From positions 1 through 41,092 of IMG/VR virus record IMGVR_UViG_3300032250_000406: DNA of 41,092 bases; one strand, 5' to 3'. The translations under genes were made by a program, and so were the position numbers. Positions 9,378 to 18,176 of this stretch are shown piece after piece. Source of the DNA: a virus. Its lineage: Duplodnaviria; Caudoviricetes. Every line of letters starts with the position of its first letter. The first letter of the stretch is position 1. The notes beneath the pieces are model-generated. The model saw only the letters and a list, made by a program, of their open reading frames with translations, had not been told where the DNA came from and did not search any database.

Positions 9378-10957
9378 TATTCTATTACCTTGAAGTTTTT
9401 ATTTGGGTTCTTTGTTTTCTTATATTCTTCCATTGCCTTCTGTAGTTTATCCTTAGGCATATAGCCTGTCTTCCCATTTGGAGCCTGTACTCTGACCATA
9501 TTTTGCCTATTTGGCATAGCGTCTACAGCTTGAGGGAATACTTCAGACTTTAAAGTACCTGCTGGTACTTTATATTTTTTAGAAAATTGTTTATCAGACT
9601 CTTCCAAAGATCTTGCCATATCTTTTTGAGCTTTTTTATAGTAAAGATTTGCAATCTGATTTAAGGCAGCAATATCTGCAGCAAGCATTGGCTCTCCGTC
9701 AATTAATCTTCCTTTAATTCTTTGAGCCGTAGCAACTACAGATGGATCACCTTGGATCAATGCCAAGTCTTTATCGGAAGTAGCACCTACGTTACCTGCC
9801 ATTTTTAAAATAGTAAGTCTTGCAGAGTTAATTGCTGCCGGATTACCCATTGCCAATAAACCACGAACTTTTTCAGCACCTGCTAAAGTAGATCTAGCTT
9901 CTTGGAATTGCTTAGATGAAGTTATTGTTTTACTTTGTGCTTCTAAAGCTCTTCTTTGAACAGGACTTAAGTCAAATTCTTGCTTAAATACTCTTTGTCC
10001 TCCGGCTCTTTCATAAAGACCAGACTCTGTATTTAATCTAGGAGTGTAATCAATTCCTGCTTTTTTGTACCCAAATGCCATAGCAGCTCTTCTGCTAGCT
10101 TCCTCTGGAGTTACTGCAAATCCTACCTCAACGCCTTTATTTTTTATAGGAGTCCCATCTAAATGGTACATTTCACCAGTTACTGTGTCATAGTTTGCGT
10201 ACACAGATCTCTTAAGCTCAGGATCCCAAATAGGTCTGCTCTGAAATCTTTTATTTAAATTTCCGACTTTATTTACTTCTTTAGCTTTGGCTTTTTCAAT
10301 TTCTAAGAGCTTGTCTTCAAGCCCTCTGTTTCTTTTTTCTCTGTCTGATACGTTACCTAATAAATAGTCCGCAGTTATACCAGAGGCTGCGCCAGTGTTT
10401 CCGCCCATTAATGCCCCAGCTAACAAAGGAGCCAATGCAGGAAGAATATCGCCCCATCCTGCTTTTTCTTTCATGCCATCGATCATTTCTGAATACGATG
10501 GTTTTCTTTCAGGAGATGGTTGTGTGCTTTCTTTTAGGTAAAGATTATCGCTTCCAGAAGAAGTCTCTTGTTGTTCAGGAGCTTTTGCTGGTTGTGCTGA
10601 ACCTTGAGGCATAGATGACTGAGGGGTCGGGGCTAACTTAAATTGTTTTTTAATTTGTTCTAATTTTTCTGGAGCTACTTTTTTTTGAGCAGCCACATCT
10701 TGAGGAAGCATTTCCACGTAATTAGATCTTTCTGGAGCTGAAGGAGCCATAAGTTTCATAGCTTCTTTTCCAAGAATATTAGAGTCCATTACAGGAGCAG
10801 TAGAAGTCTTAGGATTAGTAGGTGCTACTTTCTTTTTCTCGATAGGAGTAGGAACTACTTTGCCTTCTTTCATGTAGGTAATTGCCGAAGGGTTCTGAGT
10901 GACGTAGTTATCCCTAGGGGCTATCCCCAACATCTTCTCTAATTCTTCCTTAAGCAT
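9377..10957 (-). CDS. Probable DNA ejection/internal virion protein
   Basis: 526 aa; hydrophobic GDILPALAPLLAGALMGG segment, helical core, C-terminal VRVQAPNGKTG motif. Confidence 0.7.
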   Translation of the reverse strand: MLKEELEKMLGIAPRDNYVTQNPSAITYMKEGKVVPTPIEKKKVAPTNPKTSTAPVMDSNILGKEAMKLMAPSAPERSNYVEMLPQDVAAQKKVAPEKLEQIKKQFKLAPTPQSSMPQGSAQPAKAPEQQETSSGSDNLYLKESTQPSPERKPSYSEMIDGMKEKAGWGDILPALAPLLAGALMGGNTGAASGITADYLLGNVSDREKRNRGLEDKLLEIEKAKAKEVNKVGNLNKRFQSRPIWDPELKRSVYANYDTVTGEMYHLDGTPIKNKGVEVGFAVTPEEASRRAAMAFGYKKAGIDYTPRLNTESGLYERAGGQRVFKQEFDLSPVQRRALEAQSKTITSSKQFQEARSTLAGAEKVRGLLAMGNPAAINSARLTILKMAGNVGATSDKDLALIQGDPSVVATAQRIKGRLIDGEPMLAADIAALNQIANLYYKKAQKDMARSLEESDKQFSKKYKVPAGTLKSEVFPQAVDAMPNRQNMVRVQAPNGKTGYMPKDKLQKAMEEYKKTKNPNKNFKVIE

Positions 10958-10958
10958 A

Positions 10959-11444
10959 CTATTTTGCCTTTTTAGATTTCTTTAATAATTCTTCATCTTT
11001 TTTAGAAGCTGGCTCGCCTTCTTTTAACATGATAATTTCGCCTTTCTTCTTGCCAGTTTCTTTTTTAGCCGCAGCAGAAATCAAAGCTTCCATTCTCAAT
11101 GCAGCTTCTTTTTTAGGCTTTTTCTTTTCAGGCATTTCTTTTTCTTCATCCTCTATTTCAACTTCCCATTTTACTGGTTTTGTTGAAACAGATCCAGCTC
11201 CAACTAAAGAAGGCTTGTATGTCTCTGAAGGAAGTTTTGCAGAAAGCTGAGGATTTGGCTTATATTTAGTAGTAGTAGCTGATGTGATCCCTGAAAAATC
11301 TATTGGAGCAGTCTTTGCCCCTTCTAAAGTAGATTTATAAAACTCAGAAGGTAATTTCGCAGAAAGGGATGGATTTGCCTCATATTTAGCAGTTTCCATT
11401 TCTTTTTTCTTCTTTTTCAACGCTTTTGAATTAAACTTTTCCAT
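10959..11444 (-). CDS. Lys/Glu-rich protein with duplicated 24-aa motif
   Basis: KYEANPSLSAKLPSEFYKSTLEGA / KYKPNPQLSAKLPSETYKPSLVGA; AAGGAG RBS. Confidence 0.8.
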   Translation of the reverse strand: MEKFNSKALKKKKKEMETAKYEANPSLSAKLPSEFYKSTLEGAKTAPIDFSGITSATTTKYKPNPQLSAKLPSETYKPSLVGAGSVSTKPVKWEVEIEDEEKEMPEKKKPKKEAALRMEALISAAAKKETGKKKGEIIMLKEGEPASKKDEELLKKSKKAK

Positions 11445-11463
11445 ATGATCTCCTTAACCCTTT

Positions 11464-12522
11464 TTAGTATATTACTTTAGCTGTTAAAATTTTAGGAATA
11501 TTTTTAAGATTTGCACCTAGCCATTTCATGCAGTTATTTACAAAGAAGAGTCTAGGAAAGTGCAACATTCCTGACAATCTATAGGTAGCTAACTTTTGAT
11601 TAAAATTGTCTACTCCATAATGAGAGCAAAATGTTCCAGTTCTATGAATGTAAAGATTCTGAGCTTGGACAAATTTTCCTTCTTTTAAAAGGTCAATAAT
11701 GTCGTCTACGAAAAGCTTTTTGATTGTAGACCAATCAAAACCTTCCATCTCAGCAGCTTCTACTGCTTTTTTACCATGCTTAAAATACCATACTAAAAAG
11801 TCAGATCTTTGGATCATAGACTTAAGCATAAATTGAGTCATGATAAATGTCTCTTTGGCATTCATAAGCTTTTTACTGCGTAGCATAGTACAAATGAATG
11901 AAGTACCACCACTGTCTGGAGCTGAAGGAAGTTGTTTTGCGGCTCCCTTTTCTCCGTACATTAATCCAGTAGTTCCGCTTAGAATATTTCCTAATAATGA
12001 TCTGTAATCATTAATTGATTGTCTTTGCTGTCCATATAATGATGCAGCAATTTGTTGATCTTGTTGTTTTCCAACAGAATCAATTGCTCCCATCATAGCA
12101 GTCCCTCTAGCCCCAGTTCCTGCAAGACCTCTTCTTGCTTGAGCTTGAGCTGCTTGTTTCTGCCCCATAATAGCGGCAGATACGGGATCTCCTCCGCCTT
12201 GAGCTACTCTATCTTGTAGAGATTTTTTAACCCCTTGAATGTCTTGTCCAGTTTGACCTAATCCTTGTCCGTACCCAAGCAATGCTGTATTTAGTCCAGC
12301 CATTTGCCCTTGTTGCTCTTTCGTAGAACCAGAAAGGATGCTTCCGCTAGATTTACCTGCTACTAAGTTTTCAGCTTGTCTATTTCTATATGTTTGATTT
12401 CTTTGATCCCACCACTGGGCTTTTTTCTTTTTTCCAATATAGCCATCAAACCCACTTTGCCAATCATTAAAAGCTTTCTGATCTGCTGCTTTTTCTTCAG
12501 GTGTTTGTCCTTGTGAACTCAT
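11464..12522 (-). CDS. Probable ejection (pilot) protein with C-terminal GGTSFICT domain
   Basis: Gln/Gly/Ala-rich N-terminal half, then a globular domain starting GGTSFICT. Confidence 0.7.
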   Translation of the reverse strand: MSSQGQTPEEKAADQKAFNDWQSGFDGYIGKKKKAQWWDQRNQTYRNRQAENLVAGKSSGSILSGSTKEQQGQMAGLNTALLGYGQGLGQTGQDIQGVKKSLQDRVAQGGGDPVSAAIMGQKQAAQAQARRGLAGTGARGTAMMGAIDSVGKQQDQQIAASLYGQQRQSINDYRSLLGNILSGTTGLMYGEKGAAKQLPSAPDSGGTSFICTMLRSKKLMNAKETFIMTQFMLKSMIQRSDFLVWYFKHGKKAVEAAEMEGFDWSTIKKLFVDDIIDLLKEGKFVQAQNLYIHRTGTFCSHYGVDNFNQKLATYRLSGMLHFPRLFFVNNCMKWLGANLKNIPKILTAKVIY

Positions 12523-12896
12523 TATTCCCTCGCTATCAAAACGGAGATAACAACTGTTTCTGCTCCGTTATTCTTTAATGATATTGTTCTTTTGTCCCAT
12601 TCGGATGGCACATCCGTTATCACGCCATTTCCCGTCTGTCTTAATATTATACGCCATTTAGGGATTACACCAAGGAAATGTTGAATTTTTACAGTAGCCC
12701 CAGAGGCTATTGTCACATTACTAGCTATAAATCCGTTAAAGTTTGAGTCAATTGATATGGCAGCACTTTGGAAAACAAAAGCGTCTACTAGATCGTTTAG
12801 TCGAGTTTTCATCTCGTCCAATTCAGGAGGAACCTCCCCAAACACTTTTCTAGGTTGGGGTTTTAAAGTTTGTGTTGGAACTTTTTCATCTATCAT
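12522..12896 (-). CDS. Small tail-associated protein
   Basis: 124 aa after the nozzle gene; IQHFLGVIP beta-rich motif. Confidence 0.75.
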   Translation of the reverse strand: MIDEKVPTQTLKPQPRKVFGEVPPELDEMKTRLNDLVDAFVFQSAAISIDSNFNGFIASNVTIASGATVKIQHFLGVIPKWRIILRQTGNGVITDVPSEWDKRTISLKNNGAETVVISVLIARE

Positions 12897-15800
12897 CGTT
12901 TCATTCCTTGTTGAATCGGCTCGAATTCTACCTCAATTCCTTCTATCCAGAAAGCTTGAGTCCCTGTAGAATTCATAGTTAACTCAATGGCTGCAGCCAT
13001 AGGCTTAGACGAATTCAATCTTTGTTTATGAAACATCACGTAATTTCCTGGGGAAGTATACGTTGTATTAGTAATCGCAGTATTGTAATCCCAGTTAGCG
13101 TAATGCTTGATATCTAGTTTCCCAAACAAATAGCCAAAGATTTTTACTTGGAGTAATAGTTTTTCTAAAGAAGGCTCTCCTTGAGTCATCCAAGTAGATA
13201 CTAGTTTAGAAGGAGATCTTCCTACATAGTCGTAATTGTACGATGTAAAGTCCTCTAGACTAGTTCTCGCTGTGTTGTCTGAACTTCTGGCAGTTCCTAC
13301 ATACATAAGAGATTCTACCATAGTCATAGCGGTCACTGAAGATGTCGCCAAAGTGTCATAGGCATCGTAAGTAGTCCATTCCCCATTATTGGTATGGAAT
13401 ACTAAAGACTGCCCACTTCTAGCTGAATCGCTATTTGTAACAATAACTTTTGATTTAAATGGGTCGAATATTGTCGTTAAATACTTAGCAACATACCCAA
13501 CTAAACTAGCTGGGTAATCATATGCGGTAGTTAAATAATTGTTCATATTTAACCCAATAGCCGCTTGTTCTGCTGCGGAAAACTGAGGGGTAGCATTCAT
13601 TAGGAATGTCTTAAAATTTAATGAAATAGGACTAGAAATTTTTCTAGCATTTGCTGCATTTATCAACCAAGCCCCAGAAGAAGCCATCATAAACACAGTT
13701 CCGTAAATCTCGATCATCGATGTATTTGAATAAGCCCCTACAGGAACTTCTGGTATTTCTTGTACTCGAATGTTTTGAGTAGTGATGTTACCAGCTACCA
13801 TGTATACTTTGCGTTCTCGGCTCACTATTAAGTAATCTTTAGTACCGACTATAGATGTAATTCTTCCGTATTGAGATTCGCCTATTACTATGAATTGGCT
13901 TGGATTCATCTCTAAAGATCCGCCATTGTTAAAATCTGAAAAATAAATGACGTTAGAATCTGCTAATAACAAAAGATCTTGATATAAAGTAAGCGCAATA
14001 TACGGATTTGAAAATACTTCCGAGTCGTTGAAAGAAGTTCTATTGATAGAACTATCGTACCAGTTACCTAAATTAGAAGCTATTGAAAATGGAAGAGTTG
14101 CTACGTTTTGTACTCTATTTGCTAATACTGTATCTCTAATGTCTACAGTATATACAACATCAGAAGAGTACGTTCCTAAATTATAAGTGGCGGCTGTGAT
14201 TAACCCTTTGTAGAAATAATCGTTAGTAGGGCCAGCAGCAGCCCATACAGTATAAAATCTTCTTCCAGCAGCAAATGTACCACTGGCGATTGGTAAAGAA
14301 GCTCCATCAGAATCTTCCCAAGTCCCAGTACCTATGTTAAATATCTTTATAGCACCTTCAAAATAATTTCCAGTAGAGTTATATTTATAGGCAATTGCTC
14401 CGTAGGAGTTTGTTCCTACTCCTGAAGTTATGGTAAAATAAATAGTTCGGATTAGATATACATCCCCTCCAGCGGTCATAATACCCCAGAAGTCAAATCC
14501 CGATCCAATATCTAAGTTGAACCTATTTGGAATTGCGCTATATGTGGCTGTTCCATAGAAATATGGATTCATATCTCCAGCATCAAAATAAGACTGGTTT
14601 CCAGAATCTCGAAGAAAAGAAGTTACGGTAGCTCCTGCAGCACTCATGTTGAGTTTTGTAGTTACTGGAGAGTCTTGTTGAGTCCAAGCAGCAATAGTTG
14701 TTAAAGAAGTATCAGCCGCATACATAAAGCCTTTGGTAGAAGGAGCTGCCGGGTTCATAAATGCCCCAGACACATAATATGCTATAGAGTTTGCTGTAGT
14801 AGTTCCGACTTGAAAAAATGCTACTGAATAATGTGCTTCAGTGTTTGGCCCTGTAACTCCAGTCCAAGTAGTTCCGTTGGTAGAATACATGATTTTATTT
14901 GCAGTAGTTGCCGAAGAACTTACAGCTATGTAATAAGCAGCTCCAGTGACTATATTAGATCCAAAAGTTACACTTCTCCAAATGTTAGCTGCTGGGGAAG
15001 TTCTTGAAGTCCATGTGATTCCGTCTGGAGATGTAATGATGTTAGTAGCAACAGCTCCGTTTCTTGCTACAGCTACAAATAAGTTAGGCCCTGCTCCCCA
15101 AGTAACAGAGTTCCATTGTAATGCTGTGGGCACGGTTCTAATTGTCCAAGTCACTCCATCAGGAGATGTCATAACACAGTTTGTAGTAGCTCCGTTTTCA
15201 TTTATGGCAACGAATAATGGAGAAGTTCCTCCGTATGCAACGCAAGTCCAGTTCAATAAAGCCGGAACAGTAGTGGCATATTGCCAAACAATTCCGTCGG
15301 ACGACCACATAATTTTCTGTGCCGCTGTAGCTCCTCCAGAAAATCTGACCGCTACAAATCTAGATCCACTCCAAGTAACGCTAGACCATCCTCCTCCAAT
15401 AGCTGATAAAGAGGAATCTTCTACTCTTCTCCAGTTAACTCCGTCCGAAGAGATCCATACAGGAAATTGATTTATTGTAGAAGAATTTTGTAAAGCTACA
15501 AAAATTCCATTTCCATAAGTAACTGCCCCAAAAGAATTTCCTGCTGTCGTAGTTACGTGATTATATCTTACGTTTGCGTCCCAATTTATCCCATCGTAAG
15601 TATAGGCTATTCCTGAATCCCCTACTCCAACTAATATTCTTGTTCCTTCTGGAGTAAATCCTGCAGCAAGGTTGTTAAACCCTTGAGAGTTACCTGTAGT
15701 TCTATAGGAAACTGCGCTACTTGTAATTTGGTTGCCTTGCAAATCTAGTGCGTGACCAATTACTTTTACATATCTAGACCCAGTAGTAGTAGACCACGCT

Positions 15801-16330
15801 GGCTCTTGAGTTGGAAATTGACTTCCTACAATAGGAGAGAAATAAGGAATTCCTATCCCTGCAGTAGAAGCTTCATATCCGTCATATTTTATTAATTTAC
15901 AATCTGATCTACTAGGAGAAGAAAGGATGTATTTTACGTTATTTACTTCAACTGATTGATCTGAGAAGTTGTTAACATAGTTTGTATCAACTACTGGCCC
16001 TACAGATCCAAGTCCATTGTTTGACGGGATTAAAGTATTGTTTAGAAATAAATGCTTAAATTTAAGTCCGGCTTGATCTACTATTCCTAGTTTTAAAGGG
16101 TATATCTTTTTGTCTACTACGCTTTTGTAGGATGAGAATAAAGTCCATCTTTCTACAGGATAAATGGAAACTGTGTTTCCAGTAAACCCAGACATAGAAG
16201 CTCTAGGAGTTATGTATCCTTCATCGGTAAATGTTACGTTATTGGCAACTTTGAACCTGTTAGGCGATTGATCGGCTTTTGGAGGAGAGTTTTCCATTCC
16301 CCCAAGTCTAAGTTTTTTATCTATAGCCAC
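12893..16330 (-). CDS. Tail nozzle / tail tubular protein B-like (P22 gp10/T7 gp12-like) with inserted Asp-box beta-propeller
   Basis: 1145 aa; N-terminal LGGM...ANNVTFTDEGYITPR; IYFSD and GRITSIVG; follows the adaptor gene; multiple S/TxDGxxW repeats. Confidence 0.8.
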   Translation of the reverse strand: MAIDKKLRLGGMENSPPKADQSPNRFKVANNVTFTDEGYITPRASMSGFTGNTVSIYPVERWTLFSSYKSVVDKKIYPLKLGIVDQAGLKFKHLFLNNTLIPSNNGLGSVGPVVDTNYVNNFSDQSVEVNNVKYILSSPSRSDCKLIKYDGYEASTAGIGIPYFSPIVGSQFPTQEPAWSTTTGSRYVKVIGHALDLQGNQITSSAVSYRTTGNSQGFNNLAAGFTPEGTRILVGVGDSGIAYTYDGINWDANVRYNHVTTTAGNSFGAVTYGNGIFVALQNSSTINQFPVWISSDGVNWRRVEDSSLSAIGGGWSSVTWSGSRFVAVRFSGGATAAQKIMWSSDGIVWQYATTVPALLNWTCVAYGGTSPLFVAINENGATTNCVMTSPDGVTWTIRTVPTALQWNSVTWGAGPNLFVAVARNGAVATNIITSPDGITWTSRTSPAANIWRSVTFGSNIVTGAAYYIAVSSSATTANKIMYSTNGTTWTGVTGPNTEAHYSVAFFQVGTTTANSIAYYVSGAFMNPAAPSTKGFMYAADTSLTTIAAWTQQDSPVTTKLNMSAAGATVTSFLRDSGNQSYFDAGDMNPYFYGTATYSAIPNRFNLDIGSGFDFWGIMTAGGDVYLIRTIYFTITSGVGTNSYGAIAYKYNSTGNYFEGAIKIFNIGTGTWEDSDGASLPIASGTFAAGRRFYTVWAAAGPTNDYFYKGLITAATYNLGTYSSDVVYTVDIRDTVLANRVQNVATLPFSIASNLGNWYDSSINRTSFNDSEVFSNPYIALTLYQDLLLLADSNVIYFSDFNNGGSLEMNPSQFIVIGESQYGRITSIVGTKDYLIVSRERKVYMVAGNITTQNIRVQEIPEVPVGAYSNTSMIEIYGTVFMMASSGAWLINAANARKISSPISLNFKTFLMNATPQFSAAEQAAIGLNMNNYLTTAYDYPASLVGYVAKYLTTIFDPFKSKVIVTNSDSARSGQSLVFHTNNGEWTTYDAYDTLATSSVTAMTMVESLMYVGTARSSDNTARTSLEDFTSYNYDYVGRSPSKLVSTWMTQGEPSLEKLLLQVKIFGYLFGKLDIKHYANWDYNTAITNTTYTSPGNYVMFHKQRLNSSKPMAAAIELTMNSTGTQAFWIEGIEVEFEPIQQGMKR

Positions 16331-16339
16331 ACTTACCTC

Positions 16340-17206
16340 TTAGAAAAATAAAAATTCTACATCCGTAACAGGAATAGTATCATCGTCCTTTTTATTTTTC
16401 GAGAAAATAGAAACGATTTCATTTTCTTGTTTATCAGTAAAGAATGCTTGCTTGTTGGCATCTTCGTAGTTGTTACGAGTATAGATTCTTTGGCGGACAT
16501 AATCTAAAAGATATGTCTCGCATACATCAGGAAGCAGACTGTCATTACAAGCATTTTTGCCGGATACAAGAAATTGCCCTGCTACGATTCCTGTAGTATC
16601 AGATACTGCTAAAGGAGATGAAGTAGAAGCGGAGTAAATTCCTTTAACTACCTGAACGCCTTGGGCATTTACTGTAGAAAAATTGTCATCCATTGAAAAT
16701 ACTTCGGTGTCTAAACTTGTTACGGCAACACTGGTATTTGGAATTACTGTACTAATTGTGCCCCTACGAATGTCCAGAGTAGGAAGCTGTCTGAAGTATG
16801 TAATACGTACTGTGTTTAATTGAGCTACATCGTTTTGCCCAGAAATAAGAACTTTATTGTCTCTGGTAATATAGCCAAAAATATAGCTAAACTCAGATTC
16901 CATAATTGGCTTAATTCTTGAGTATCCCTTATTGTTCGAAGTATCGGCAAATCTTGCCTCTACCATAGAAAGCGCGTTAGTTGAATAGCAGTCATCAGGA
17001 AGGGTGTACTCTCCTGTAGGATTTGCTGGAATTTCAAGTTGAGTTTTAAAAAGATCAGCATAAGGATTATTTTTAAAAATAATAGAAGTAATATACCTCT
17101 GACCATCATTGAAATAACCAACAATTTCAGAAGTAGAAATACCATTAACATCCTTGTTATCAGTCGAGTTCCTGACTTGAGTGATTAAAAACTCTAGTCT
17201 TCTCAT
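16340..17206 (-). CDS. Head-tail adaptor / tail tubular protein A-like
   Basis: N-terminal helix LITQVR...IVGYFNDGQ, YTLPDD motif, C-terminal helical pair; podovirus synteny. Confidence 0.75.
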   Translation of the reverse strand: MRRLEFLITQVRNSTDNKDVNGISTSEIVGYFNDGQRYITSIIFKNNPYADLFKTQLEIPANPTGEYTLPDDCYSTNALSMVEARFADTSNNKGYSRIKPIMESEFSYIFGYITRDNKVLISGQNDVAQLNTVRITYFRQLPTLDIRRGTISTVIPNTSVAVTSLDTEVFSMDDNFSTVNAQGVQVVKGIYSASTSSPLAVSDTTGIVAGQFLVSGKNACNDSLLPDVCETYLLDYVRQRIYTRNNYEDANKQAFFTDKQENEIVSIFSKNKKDDDTIPVTDVEFLFF

Positions 17207-17207
17207 G

Positions 17208-17657
17208 TTACACCTTCATTCCCTGACCGATTTGAGATAATCTGTTTAAAGATTCTTGTCTGGCTTGGACTTTTTTGACCTCAGCGGCATATTTGTCCAT
17301 TTCTCTTTGTCTTTTAGCTTCTGTAATGCCTTGAGCAGCTTTTAGTCCAAGTCCTACGGCTTTCATGCTTGGATCTCCAAACATAATTAATGCATCAGAT
17401 CCTGCACCTAGGATTTGACCTGCTTCTGTTTTTGCAGGAGCTTGCTCGCCTAGAGTATCTTTTGAAAAATCTACAGATGGAGCAGTTACTCTTTCCATCA
17501 TAGATTCTTCCACAGGACTACTAGATTCTTCCACAGGAGCCGCGTAAGGATTTTCTCCGCTAAACATGCTTGGCTCAGATTGAAATGGCTGATCAAATTG
17601 ATAATTTTGCTTATCTAGCTTTCTAATCTTAGCTGTATATGGTGTTTCCATGCCCAT
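17208..17657 (-). CDS. Hypothetical virion protein
   Basis: 149 aa, GGAG RBS; hydrophobic Gly/Ala segment followed by coiled coil. Confidence 0.75.
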   Translation of the reverse strand: MGMETPYTAKIRKLDKQNYQFDQPFQSEPSMFSGENPYAAPVEESSSPVEESMMERVTAPSVDFSKDTLGEQAPAKTEAGQILGAGSDALIMFGDPSMKAVGLGLKAAQGITEAKRQREMDKYAAEVKKVQARQESLNRLSQIGQGMKV

Positions 17658-17658
17658 G

Positions 17659-17883
17659 TTATTTCTCCTCTTTAATCAACTGCTCTAGTTTATCAAATCT
17701 TTTGTTTAAATGTTCCATATCTAAAGTTCTAATAACTTTAATTTCGTCTCTAACTGCCCCAGCCTCGGCTTTAGCAATACTAGAAACTGCTTGGTACGCT
17801 CCCCAACCCAATCCTATCATAAACCCTGCCACAGTCAAAATGGCTTTAAGTACAGGAGGAACGAATTGAAGAAGTACTTTCAT
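17659..17883 (-). CDS. Single-TM + coiled-coil membrane protein, holin/XhlA-like candidate
   Basis: ILTVAGFMIGLGWGAY TM segment; LNKRFDKLEQLI coiled coil. Confidence 0.6.
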   Translation of the reverse strand: MKVLLQFVPPVLKAILTVAGFMIGLGWGAYQAVSSIAKAEAGAVRDEIKVIRTLDMEHLNKRFDKLEQLIKEEK

Positions 17884-18176
17884 TTTACTACCTTTAATCT
17901 CGCTTCTGCTCTTAGTTGTTTAATTTCTGCAGGACAAACTACTTGTGTCTCTGTTTCCCTAATAATCATCCAATCCGTAGACGCTAGATAAGCTAGAGCT
18001 TCAGCATTAATACGTTCTTGTTCAATCTCTGCGCTTATGTCGATGTACTCGGCTATGTAGCCTTCAGGATACTTATTTACAGCTAAGTTCCCTTGTAACC
18101 ACATATCAAGATCTGCCTCTTTCCCTTGAGTTTGGTCAATAATTTGATCATTAAATTTAATCAATAGTTTTTTCAT
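17880..18176 (-). CDS. Tail fibre assembly chaperone-like protein
   Basis: EALAYLASTDWMIIR...LRAEAR motif; TAATG-coupled to the fibre gene (start 18176 preferred over 18197). Confidence 0.75.
   Translation of the reverse strand: MKKLLIKFNDQIIDQTQGKEADLDMWLQGNLAVNKYPEGYIAEYIDISAEIEQERINAEALAYLASTDWMIIRETETQVVCPAEIKQLRAEARLKVVK

Noticed and set aside
14946-15470. Long antisense ORFs in the track (also 22351..22929, 24760..25227, 8572..8904, 5257..5535, 34106..34459)
   Set aside because: Shadow frames of well-supported genes with biased codons or repeats; no convincing RBS or protein motifs.
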